A stretch of 64,000 nt of DNA from a virus. Below, in pieces: positions 48,886 through 58,577 of the stretch (positions are counted from its first letter, which is position 1; each line of letters begins with the position of its first letter). The DNA lies in the IMG/VR virus record IMGVR_UViG_3300045988_119718, positions 128,001 to 192,000 of that record; one strand, written 5' to 3'. The position numbers and the translations under genes were made by a program. Under the pieces are notes generated by a model that saw nothing but the letters and a program-made list of their open reading frames with translations, did no database searches and was not told where the DNA came from.

Positions 48886-49294
48886 CAGATAAATACCTAA
48901 TGTACTTTTGATATTCTAAAGGTCTAATGTATTTCTTAATTTTTACTTTAGCTATTTTTTCCTTACAAGAATCTTGATGAAGTATTTCATCAAGAAAATC
49001 ATCCGCACATCGAATACTCGAAGAAAGAGTTGAATAAAACCCATCATAAATAAAACATTTATCTTGATATTTAAGAATATCGATTTTAACTATATGCACA
49101 TGACCGCTAGTAACTTCTACGTCATAAATTATAATATGGTCGTCTATACGCTCGTTCATAATCAGGAATGAGTTCCTAAATGAAGAACCATATGCGGTTA
49201 CATACTCACTATTATTTCTTAAATCACCCATTAAATAGTTTACGTTCTCTAAAAAAAGTAGATGGTTTATATTATTTCTATAGTGTATTTTCAT
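48806..49294 (-). CDS. hypothetical protein
   Basis: 162-aa ORF with a C-terminal TM. Confidence 0.4.
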   Translation of the reverse strand: MKIHYRNNINHLLFLENVNYLMGDLRNNSEYVTAYGSSFRNSFLIMNERIDDHIIIYDVEVTSGHVHIVKIDILKYQDKCFIYDGFYSTLSSSIRCADDFLDEILHQDSCKEKIAKVKIKKYIRPLEYQKYIRYLSVGLSIAALPIFLISIFFILDFISNNN

Positions 49295-49299
49295 AGTAC

Positions 49300-50127
49300 T
49301 TATCCTCGTTCAAATGCAACAGATAATAGTATTTGATAGAATCTTTCCAGTATTCTTCTATTGTATTCGATATTTAGCATTACTGGATAACTATAATGCA
49401 TATCCATTAGACGATAATTAGCATTTTTAGATTGTATATTAAACTTAGATTCGCTATTAAATTCTCTATAATAGTTTAAGTCTAAATTTAGTTTTACATA
49501 ATCTATCAAAAAATTTTTAATAAAGTTTACTACATTAAACAAATCTGATTCTCTTTCAGCACCAATAATAATATCTTCAAATATATCTAATAAATATCCC
49601 TTATGATATTTTAAAGATTCTTTATCAATACCTTTGATATCAAGATATGTTTCTGTACGTATTTTGGAATTATTCATATATCTATACCCATATAAGAAAA
49701 CAAGATTAAAAATCTTGTAGTATGAAGTATAAACATTTTTCTCTTTGAAATGAATATGACCAAAATCTAAGTTATTTAGCTTTCTTGTAGTAAATATAGC
49801 ATCTTTTCTAATACTGATAATTTCAAACTCACTAATACTATTAGAAATTACTAAAGCTTTTCTAGCTCCAATAAATCCAGCTTTTAATGCTTCTGCTATT
49901 TCAGGGTTATCTCTTTGAAGTAAACCAATGCTAATCTCCCTATCTATCTTCGGGAGATTAGCATAATAGTTAAACTTACTTTCATCGATAATTCCTGTTT
50001 CTAATAGTATAGAAATATTGGCTTGCTTGATATCATATTCATAAATAGATTGATTGATTAAACAATCTACAGGTGCAGTATATGAATCATTATCCCATAT
50101 TTCCATAAGAACAATCCTCCATAGCAT
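49300..50127 (-). CDS. hypothetical protein
   Basis: 275-aa ORF. Confidence 0.5.
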   Translation of the reverse strand: MLWRIVLMEIWDNDSYTAPVDCLINQSIYEYDIKQANISILLETGIIDESKFNYYANLPKIDREISIGLLQRDNPEIAEALKAGFIGARKALVISNSISEFEIISIRKDAIFTTRKLNNLDFGHIHFKEKNVYTSYYKIFNLVFLYGYRYMNNSKIRTETYLDIKGIDKESLKYHKGYLLDIFEDIIIGAERESDLFNVVNFIKNFLIDYVKLNLDLNYYREFNSESKFNIQSKNANYRLMDMHYSYPVMLNIEYNRRILERFYQILLSVAFERG

Positions 50128-50653
50128 CTAAATTATCAAGCAACTCTTTTTCTTTACCATTTATAGTTTGACTATAATACCATTCTTTATCATTCATGAA
50201 TCGCTGTATGCAATCATTAGATTTTACTTCTTTACTAGTATTGGCATTAAAGATACAATCATTCATATCTTCAATACAATTAATCATAATAGAATTACTA
50301 CCATATCTTCTATTAATAACTAATGCAACACATTCTAATACGTTACAACAATAATCACTTGATAAGTCTGTAAGTACTATAACATCGTTATTATAATACT
50401 CACCTAGTACTAAATCAATTAACGATAATAATGGCTTATAGCTCTCCAAATATTGCAAATAATAATATCTAAAAGTTTCCATATCATCAATCATAAAATA
50501 ATGCATAATCTCTTTAGGGGGATTTACATCATCTATAGGAATACCTTTAGACGCTATACCTATAGGAGCATAGATAGTTCGTATAGAATAATTAAATTTA
50601 TCTATAATTAATGCTATATAACTATCTAAATGATAATCTACAAAATAAATCAT
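50090..50653 (-). CDS. hypothetical protein
   Basis: 187-aa ORF. Confidence 0.45.
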   Translation of the reverse strand: MIYFVDYHLDSYIALIIDKFNYSIRTIYAPIGIASKGIPIDDVNPPKEIMHYFMIDDMETFRYYYLQYLESYKPLLSLIDLVLGEYYNNDVIVLTDLSSDYCCNVLECVALVINRRYGSNSIMINCIEDMNDCIFNANTSKEVKSNDCIQRFMNDKEWYYSQTINGKEKELLDNLDAMEDCSYGNMG

Positions 50654-51471
50654 TTGTTATCACTATCCTTTGGTACACTAGAGATAACTCGACGATACTG
50701 TTTATTTGCTTCCATAATACCTTTATTAGTATTGCTTCTAATGCTTCTAGCATACCCATTCGCGAAATTAACAATATCTTCCATTGTAGGTGAAGGATTA
50801 TTACTATATCTAACAATATCCTCTAAAGTAATCTTATTATCAGCAATAATCTTATTCGCCATTGCTTCATTCATACGAATATTATCTGGGAAATGCATAC
50901 AGAGGTCAATAAACGAAAGATTATCATAAAGATACATACAATTCAGCATATTTGCAAATTGTACTTCATTAGGATTAGTAAAAGCACTCTGAGGATTTCT
51001 AATATCTCCAACTCTAACCCCAAATAAATTAAATAAATAATTTCCAAGTACTGGAATAAAATTAAGAGATGTAGCTTCATCTCTAGGGACAAATAATACG
51101 ATATTTCTACCTGTATAAAATAGTTTCAATAATACCGAAATAATATTTTGACAGGTGACATCATTATTCAAGAAATTACCATAAATATTTGCTCCAATAT
51201 CATATCTTCCTTCAAGATAAGCACTAATTGCTTCTGGTGGAGGAAGAAGTGAACTAAGCATTACTACGCCTTTTCTTGGCATTACTGATACTCCAAATTG
51301 ATTTCTAACTTTATATTTCTCTGGATTATCATCAATAATACCTAAACTAAAATTCTGATTATTTAAAACCATAAAATACTCATCTGCATTACTTGCAAAA
51401 TAACCTACTCCAAACATAATAAACACTTCTCCTTTCAAATATATAAATATAATAACTTTATATGGTTTCAC
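50650..51471 (-). CDS. hypothetical protein
   Basis: 273-aa ORF. Confidence 0.5.
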   Translation of the reverse strand: MKPYKVIIFIYLKGEVFIMFGVGYFASNADEYFMVLNNQNFSLGIIDDNPEKYKVRNQFGVSVMPRKGVVMLSSLLPPPEAISAYLEGRYDIGANIYGNFLNNDVTCQNIISVLLKLFYTGRNIVLFVPRDEATSLNFIPVLGNYLFNLFGVRVGDIRNPQSAFTNPNEVQFANMLNCMYLYDNLSFIDLCMHFPDNIRMNEAMANKIIADNKITLEDIVRYSNNPSPTMEDIVNFANGYARSIRSNTNKGIMEANKQYRRVISSVPKDSDNK

Positions 51472-51547
51472 TACTATAATATATATTTTATTTATACTTT
51501 ATGAAAAAATAAAAGTAGAGAATATTCTCTACTTTTATTTCTAATGA

Positions 51548-53191
51548 TTAGAATTCATCCTTAAACTGACCATACTGTTTAGCTGATACTTCGATTGCAT
51601 CTGAAGCATCAATTACTCCTTTTCCCAAAGGATTACTAGTGCCAGTAACATTCATAATCTTTTCTTCAGGTAATACTACTGATGTAACTGCTTCTTTATC
51701 TTTCTTAGGATTCTCAGAAGTAAATGATACAGATTTATCATTAGCAATTTCATTAATAGCATCAGCTAATGCATTATCGCTATGATCGGTATCTGTGGTT
51801 TCTTCTTTAACTTCTTCTTTTTCGTTCTCCTCGTCAAGATAACGTTCGTAAGCTTTTACGATACACTTAGTAAATCTTTCAATATTAATAATCGGTTTAG
51901 ATGGAATATACATATTGAAAGAACCCATATTTACTTCTGTAAATGCAGTTACATTTACTCCTGCATCTTCAGACAGTTTACTCTTAATGCTTTCTCTAAT
52001 CTCATCTGTAATCTCTGTTTCACTATCAAGAACTACAGAAGGGACAAGAATAAACTGATCATGATAAACGTCCAAATAATTGGCAATGTATTCGATTACC
52101 TTATTATTAAAATTGTCAATCTTATATTCAGCTTTAAGTTTTTCCAATGTTTTGCTATAAGCATTATTAAGACTGAATTTATTAATAAAATTATTTGGCT
52201 TCTTATCGTTTTTCTTTTTAATATTCTCAATGTACTTCTGCTTATCAGAATTTTTTGTGATATTTTCGGATACAGGATTATTGATGTAGTCTACACCATT
52301 ATCCGTAACAATATGAGTTACACTCTTATTACCTCTTGTGAATGTGAATTTGATTGGTTCCATTTTAAATACTTCCTTTCTTTTTAACTTCTGCATGAAA
52401 TCAATATCACTACCAACATCTTTTGCCCTATATACTTTTTTGCATACAGGGCAATATAGATGATTGAAGCCTTCATCATATATGATTCTACCTGGGCATC
52501 TAGCACCATTTTTAAATGTATTACAGTGCAATCTATCTCGGTTTAATCGATAAACATATGGGAAATCCAACAATACTGGACCAAATTCATCTCTTACACC
52601 CCAATTCATAAAATAATCTGTACCAATATCTTCCATTACTAACCCATGGTTTACCCAATAATCGGTTATCATAAAAGTCATTGGTGCATACTTTATAAAC
52701 GTTTCTCGATTCATAATAGGATGAACTTTCTCAATCATCTCTACTACTCCATCTGGAGAAATATCAAATATTTTAGGAACAAAAGGTTTAAGTTTTTGCT
52801 GGAGTTCAAATTCAGACCTATTATCATTAATACCAACTTTATCCATACCAATCTTCAGTAAAAAAGTATCATCGCTTAAATAACTATATACAACTCTATT
52901 AGTACCAGAGAATGATCTTACAAATCCTAATGGGTTTAAGATAGAATCGTATACATCATTTCTAACAAATTGATCGCTTACTGAAAATTTAGGATTAGTA
53001 GCAAATTGATATAAGACATAGAAATCTTCTCTTCTTAGATAATTCAGCAATGGTGCGTGATACATATTATCAAATGCGACGGTATATTTATCATCAATAG
53101 AAGGTTTATCGATTGATTCACCAATACTTTTGATACTAGTTCTTAGTGTTGAATACAGATTAGTATCTAAGGTATTTGTTTTCATAATCAA
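51548..53191 (-). CDS. hypothetical protein; a possible atypical protein-kinase-like fold followed by a Zn ribbon (CxxxxxxxC…CPVC)
   Basis: 'SFSGTNRVVYSY…LLKIG', 'HGLVMEDIG…NWGV', 'LLDFPY' loosely resemble kinase subdomains. The cysteine ribbon is 'CNTFKNGARCPGRIIYDEGFNHLYCPVC'. The kinase call is weak. Confidence 0.35.
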   Translation of the reverse strand: MIMKTNTLDTNLYSTLRTSIKSIGESIDKPSIDDKYTVAFDNMYHAPLLNYLRREDFYVLYQFATNPKFSVSDQFVRNDVYDSILNPLGFVRSFSGTNRVVYSYLSDDTFLLKIGMDKVGINDNRSEFELQQKLKPFVPKIFDISPDGVVEMIEKVHPIMNRETFIKYAPMTFMITDYWVNHGLVMEDIGTDYFMNWGVRDEFGPVLLDFPYVYRLNRDRLHCNTFKNGARCPGRIIYDEGFNHLYCPVCKKVYRAKDVGSDIDFMQKLKRKEVFKMEPIKFTFTRGNKSVTHIVTDNGVDYINNPVSENITKNSDKQKYIENIKKKNDKKPNNFINKFSLNNAYSKTLEKLKAEYKIDNFNNKVIEYIANYLDVYHDQFILVPSVVLDSETEITDEIRESIKSKLSEDAGVNVTAFTEVNMGSFNMYIPSKPIINIERFTKCIVKAYERYLDEENEKEEVKEETTDTDHSDNALADAINEIANDKSVSFTSENPKKDKEAVTSVVLPEEKIMNVTGTSNPLGKGVIDASDAIEVSAKQYGQFKDEF

Positions 53192-55943
53192 ACAACTCCC
53201 CTCTCTTCTTTCTCATAATCTTATTGATGTAATTCTGTGCTCTTACTTCTGGTGGATCAGATGGATTGATACTAATTGGTTCTGGATTATAGCTAGGATT
53301 ATCAGGATTATGATAAATATCATAAGCAAACTGATTTAATCCGCCATATTTTTCAAACTCTTTTTGTCTAGCATTTATTTCATGCATACAAGCCAATCCA
53401 CGTTCATTGGTATAAAAGCTATTGCGGTTTCTATATCTAACTCCTGCATTATAGTTATTAAAGAGGCAATTAGTTACATAATCAGCATCTGCAATAGTTT
53501 TTACATTCAGAATTCTACCATGAGTAAGTTTGATTAAGAAGTCGCTATGTTGTTTGATACGTTCTTTTACTACCTCTTCATAAGGAATAAGCTTTTTGTC
53601 AAGTTCTTCCCAATGATCATTTGCTAACTGCATCATTCTATCGACATATTTCTTTCTGTATTCTTTTTCAGATAATTTAGATGTTGGTTTAGTCCACCAT
53701 TTAAAGAATCTCCTTTCAAATGTTGCTGGATCTTTATCAGTCTTTCTCATAAACATTTTGAAGATATCGTAATTAGCTTTGTTCTGACCTTGAGCAATAT
53801 TAAGAGCTTTAATCATTTTCTTAAATGCTCCATATGCTACATCATCTTTTTCATCGATTACCCGAACATCTCTAAGATTCTGTAGATATTTAACTTTTTC
53901 TTCTACTGTATCATACTTATCGAGTTCAGATAAATCATATGAAACTTTCTTTCTAAGCTCTTCAATCTCTTCTAATGTTGTAGGCTTAGGCTGACCATAA
54001 ACTACTTTATCTCCAATAAAGAGTACGCAAGATTTATTATATGCAAATTCATCAGCATTTCTATAATGCATCAACTGATTCTGACAAAGATCAGTTAAAT
54101 TCTTACGTGCATTACGTGGTAAAATTGTAATAAACCACAAATAGTTATCTGCTACAAACTGATTATATCTAGACAATTCTGTAGCAAGATTAACTCCTTC
54201 ATCTTCTTCAGCTTGTTCTTGAGCAGATTTAAATACATCTGCAAACTGAGAGAAACTGCTAATATGTGGATCTTGGAAATCTTTTGGAGTGGATGACATA
54301 CCAATAGCAGCAAATTTATAGTCATCAGAAAACTGATGACTTGTATTAGCTTGCTTCTGATAATACTCATGTACTTCTTCTTTAGTAAGCTGATGTTTAT
54401 GAGTAGCATCATACATACTAATTTCTTTAGAACCATCTTCATTAGTTTTAGTTCTAATAAGATATACGATAGGTTCAGTATTTTTAGGTTCTTCTTTTTT
54501 CTTTGGCTTACGCTCTACCCCATTACTACAAATCAATTTACCATTTCTATACAGTTTAATGCCTACTTCTTCTCCATCATCAATTTCTTCTTGAGTTGGA
54601 GTTAAGTATAACCAGTTATCATTAAACCATTTAGTTGGTAATCCTTCTTTATCATGACTAAATACGTTCATGTAACCAGAACCTGGTCTATAATGCTGAT
54701 TAGCAAATAACTGCTGATTCTGCATGCAGTAGTTATAATAATTATTCCACTGCTGTGGGGTAGAATAGCTAGCAAGACCATTAGAGTTTGGTGTAAATGC
54801 TGGTGCTACTGGGGTTGTTTCAACAGGCTGGTTGTTGTCTTCTTTATCAAATTCATGGAATACATCTTCACCATTAGCCCATCTCTGGAATTCCTCATTA
54901 TTAGCACTCAATCCTCTTTCTTCACACTTAAATACATATTCAGTATACCCTAACATATCACGATCTTCTGGAGACCAATCTGGTCTTTTCTTAATCTTCT
55001 TAGGTGTATTTCTTGCTTCCTTGGCACTAAGAATAGCAGCTTTCTGCTGATTAAAGCCATCCATAATCTGCTGATAAGGATTACCAGTTTCATTATAAGT
55101 CATGGGTACTGGTGGCATATATGATGCATACTGTAAATACTGAGGATTAATACTTGGTGTAATAATACTATTATATCTACATTTATCATCATATGGATTT
55201 CTTGCTCTAATCTTGCAATCTTGATCTGGAGTAAGTTGGAATTTACGATTTTCTTTTTCTTTCTTCATCCTCATCTGATCTAAGAATTTATTATTCTCAG
55301 TTTCACTATTAAATGAATTATCTCTTTCATCATCTTCATCATGAGGAACACCATCTCTATCCAAAACGCCACCAGCTTTAGCTACTGTGTTTTTATCTTT
55401 CCAATACTGTTTAGCAATCTGATTTGGGTCGTTTACATATTGATTGGTGTGTCTCTGAAAATCAGCAATACGTTCATCATGTTTTCTTTCATTATTGAAC
55501 TGATATTCAGGAGTATACGGTCTTTGATTAAGATATGCTTGTCCTCTAGCTGCATTAACCTGATCCATATAGAGTTCATACGGCGTCTTAGGTCTTTGCT
55601 GAATATGAACATACATATCTTTTGTAGGGTCAAATGATCCTAGTGTATATTTCTTACCAAATTGAGGACTATAAATTGGTACAATGTTTGGGTCATTAGG
55701 ATGAACCTCTAAAGTACCATTAGTCGGAATTGCAGCAGGTATGTCTTGTTTAAATAACTTAGACATATCTGCTTCAGATTCATGAAATTCTTCTTCTTGT
55801 TTTTTACGAATTTTTGTAAGTGCATCTAAGAAATTAAAACTACTAGTTGTTTGTTCTTCTGTGTTAGATTGTTCGCTACAATGTAAATTACTCAATTCTC
55901 TGAAATCGTATGGATTTTTAAATACATAAGGCTCCATAGTCAT
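53160..55943 (-). CDS. large hypothetical protein (927 aa)
   Basis: Long ORF with genome-typical codon usage. Confidence 0.55.
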   Translation of the reverse strand: MTMEPYVFKNPYDFRELSNLHCSEQSNTEEQTTSSFNFLDALTKIRKKQEEEFHESEADMSKLFKQDIPAAIPTNGTLEVHPNDPNIVPIYSPQFGKKYTLGSFDPTKDMYVHIQQRPKTPYELYMDQVNAARGQAYLNQRPYTPEYQFNNERKHDERIADFQRHTNQYVNDPNQIAKQYWKDKNTVAKAGGVLDRDGVPHDEDDERDNSFNSETENNKFLDQMRMKKEKENRKFQLTPDQDCKIRARNPYDDKCRYNSIITPSINPQYLQYASYMPPVPMTYNETGNPYQQIMDGFNQQKAAILSAKEARNTPKKIKKRPDWSPEDRDMLGYTEYVFKCEERGLSANNEEFQRWANGEDVFHEFDKEDNNQPVETTPVAPAFTPNSNGLASYSTPQQWNNYYNYCMQNQQLFANQHYRPGSGYMNVFSHDKEGLPTKWFNDNWLYLTPTQEEIDDGEEVGIKLYRNGKLICSNGVERKPKKKEEPKNTEPIVYLIRTKTNEDGSKEISMYDATHKHQLTKEEVHEYYQKQANTSHQFSDDYKFAAIGMSSTPKDFQDPHISSFSQFADVFKSAQEQAEEDEGVNLATELSRYNQFVADNYLWFITILPRNARKNLTDLCQNQLMHYRNADEFAYNKSCVLFIGDKVVYGQPKPTTLEEIEELRKKVSYDLSELDKYDTVEEKVKYLQNLRDVRVIDEKDDVAYGAFKKMIKALNIAQGQNKANYDIFKMFMRKTDKDPATFERRFFKWWTKPTSKLSEKEYRKKYVDRMMQLANDHWEELDKKLIPYEEVVKERIKQHSDFLIKLTHGRILNVKTIADADYVTNCLFNNYNAGVRYRNRNSFYTNERGLACMHEINARQKEFEKYGGLNQFAYDIYHNPDNPSYNPEPISINPSDPPEVRAQNYINKIMRKKRGELFDYENKYLRY

Positions 55944-56680
55944 TCACCTCCATTAATATATTCGCTAAATGTTTTCAAATCTTCTTTTGTAAGTTTTGTA
56001 TTATTAAGCTTCGGCTTAATATAATTACTATTATGATATATACTTGAAGACATGTTTTCCTTCATATTATATCTAGTAAAATTATCTACAAAAATATTAT
56101 AATAGCAAAGCTCAGCAGCTTCTGTATCTGTTATAAATATTCTGTTATTATTGAAAAACATTTCGATAATTTTGTTTAATTCTACTCTATCGCTCAAATT
56201 AGATTTTTTATTAAGCTTAATCTGAGCATGACCTTTAATGTGATATAGATTAACAGGTATCTTATACTTATTAACTATCTCTATAATTTTTCTAATAATA
56301 TCTTGATTGATTACTTCCTTATCATCATAAGTCTTTCTAATAATATTATCGAGAATATACCAGTTTTTAAAATTATTTCTTAGATTCTCAATACTACTAA
56401 GAGAATCGCTGAAAATATTTATAGGTGTATTGGAAGGCAATCTTCCACTAATAATTTCTCTGTATACGGCTTTAATACCCATTAGAATGGCGTATAATTC
56501 ACCGTATGAAGAATTAGTTTTATTGATAAATTTATTACCATACAATCTAATTATATTATTATAAACTATTACATATCCTGGACTGGATGTAATTTGATCG
56601 GTGCTAGTATAAGCATTTGTAGTACTAGCATCGGTATAGACATTAATAGAATTAAATAAATCCAACTGTTTCATTTTCAT
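55940..56680 (-). CDS. hypothetical protein
   Basis: 246-aa ORF with a 4-nt overlap. Confidence 0.5.
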   Translation of the reverse strand: MKMKQLDLFNSINVYTDASTTNAYTSTDQITSSPGYVIVYNNIIRLYGNKFINKTNSSYGELYAILMGIKAVYREIISGRLPSNTPINIFSDSLSSIENLRNNFKNWYILDNIIRKTYDDKEVINQDIIRKIIEIVNKYKIPVNLYHIKGHAQIKLNKKSNLSDRVELNKIIEMFFNNNRIFITDTEAAELCYYNIFVDNFTRYNMKENMSSSIYHNSNYIKPKLNNTKLTKEDLKTFSEYINGGE

Positions 56681-56964
56681 TCACCATCCTTTAATAATGG
56701 CTCTTTAAAATAATGATTAATAGACTCTTTACTACTTACAGCGATTACAATATCTTCTGTACTCATAGTTTTAAGTATTTCTTTAATAATCATTCGTTTT
56801 TTATAATAATACGACCTAGCTTCAGTTTCATCACTAAAGTAAGTATTAAGAATATAATCTTTTTTATTTTTTAGAATAACAGCTTTTTTAGCTACTTCTA
56901 ATTTAGGATTAAATTCTGCTAAATATTCTAAAATTACGTTTGCTGTAATATCTAATTTAGTCAT
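56677..56964 (-). CDS. hypothetical protein
   Basis: 95-aa ORF. Confidence 0.4.
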   Translation of the reverse strand: MTKLDITANVILEYLAEFNPKLEVAKKAVILKNKKDYILNTYFSDETEARSYYYKKRMIIKEILKTMSTEDIVIAVSSKESINHYFKEPLLKDGE

Positions 56965-57162
56965 AACTTATTTTTCCTTTCTATTTAAAATTATAAGTGT
57001 AATTATCTCACAATTATAATATATTTTTTAATTAATTTTTACATTTATATCTCCTAGTTCATATGAACTAGGAGATATAAATGCTGCTTAGAAAGAGAGT
57101 TTAAGTGTACTGCAATTAGGGAAGTCATTGCATTACTTATATGTATACTCATATGTAGAAAA

Positions 57163-57489
57163 CTAAATACTTGTAAGCTCTTGTATTCTTCTGCATATAT
57201 ATTCGTTATTATAGACTTGGTTATTAATAATAAAACTTTTAGATTTTCCTATAAAAGGAGAATTACTATTAGCTTTTGCCAAACACATAAATTCTATTTC
57301 TTTTTTAGTATTAATTAAAACCTGAATAAATGCGTACTGATTTTCAGTTTCTATTTGTAAAGCATCATTAGAAAAAGAAAAAATATAAGGTGGATATTTA
57401 AAGTAACTAGATATATCTCTTGCTAAGTCTATAATTTCATTATCAAAGTCATTAGATAAGTTTTTTATATTATCTTCATTGGCAAACAT
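57163..57489 (-). CDS. hypothetical protein
   Basis: 108-aa ORF. Confidence 0.4.
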   Translation of the reverse strand: MFANEDNIKNLSNDFDNEIIDLARDISSYFKYPPYIFSFSNDALQIETENQYAFIQVLINTKKEIEFMCLAKANSNSPFIGKSKSFIINNQVYNNEYICRRIQELTSI

Positions 57490-57522
57490 AGCAATCTCCT
57501 TTCTTATGATTTTTATAATCTC

Positions 57523-58245
57523 TTAGGCATCGGTTTTAGCTTTGATTTCATTTAAAGTCGTATTAATCTTTTCATACAATTTTTCTGTACTTGGTTGATA
57601 ATCGCTGTCATCAACCTGAACATGAACGAATCCATGATCCAATATCTTGGTATTGTCTTCATAGTCATATTCTTGGCTCATTTTTTCAGATTTTTCTATG
57701 TTACTGATGGTTTCTAATGGTATATAATCTTTATAGGCTTCTATAAAGGCTTTCCAATTACCAAATACTACATCATTAGGAATAAATAAATATTGATTGT
57801 GAACTAATTCATGTACTGTTTCTGATAATGGTATTAATCCTACTTTAAGGGTATAATGGTTATACATAACTTCTCTAGCTATTACATTTTCTTCAGTAGA
57901 TAAACCTTCTGCAATATTCTTATTTATAATAGTAGATACAATATCAAACAAAGTTAATGGATGATGATGGATATGTATTTTAACTCCTCTTTCTATCTCA
58001 TTAGAAATATTAGTCATTATACTACATTTGTTAAATCCAGCATAATCTCTTAGAAAAGAAATAAATGATTTATATTCATAGGAATTTCTACAAACTCTTT
58101 CGATTCTAATTACGTATTTCTTAAAATCTTTAGGATTAGATAAATCATAATCAGCGATATCAAAATTAGGAACATTTGATACTTCTATATCATGGTTAAG
58201 GTCTTCATCAATATTTGATTTAATTAATTCAGGATTACGAGCCAA
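57523..58245 (-). CDS. HHH-motif protein, paralogue of 46037..46750
   Basis: See 46037..46750. Confidence 0.5.
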   Translation of the reverse strand: MARNPELIKSNIDEDLNHDIEVSNVPNFDIADYDLSNPKDFKKYVIRIERVCRNSYEYKSFISFLRDYAGFNKCSIMTNISNEIERGVKIHIHHHPLTLFDIVSTIINKNIAEGLSTEENVIAREVMYNHYTLKVGLIPLSETVHELVHNQYLFIPNDVVFGNWKAFIEAYKDYIPLETISNIEKSEKMSQEYDYEDNTKILDHGFVHVQVDDSDYQPSTEKLYEKINTTLNEIKAKTDA

Positions 58246-58337
58246 TTAAATCAACTCCTTTCTGGTAATATAATAGTTATTATATAATTTAATAATTATT
58301 ACCTTAATGTGATTTATTAGAACCATATAAAGCAGAC

Positions 58338-58370
58338 TATACCCCTCTGCCAGCACAAATGGCAGAGGGG
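58338..58370. other. GC-rich 13-bp-stem hairpin 'tacccctctgcca-gcacaaa-tggcagaggggta' in an AT-rich spacer; a second hairpin 'gattgttgtg-ggccttgtaa-cacaacaatc' lies at ~58474..58503
   Basis: Seen directly. There is no flanking U-tract on either strand, so this is not a classic terminator. Confidence 0.4.
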
Positions 58371-58577
58371 TATATCGCTTGTAAGGAGCCTGCGAGTTGA
58401 TTGATATAATAAATAAGTACACAAAATATAAATAACACTACTCTTGGACAGTAAGTATGGTATTTATATTTATGATTGTTGTGGGCCTTGTAACACAACA
58501 ATCATACTGTAGCCTTGTATCCAGCATACTTTATTTATATATCAATATTATGTTCATCAGTTAATAATCAATATTAG

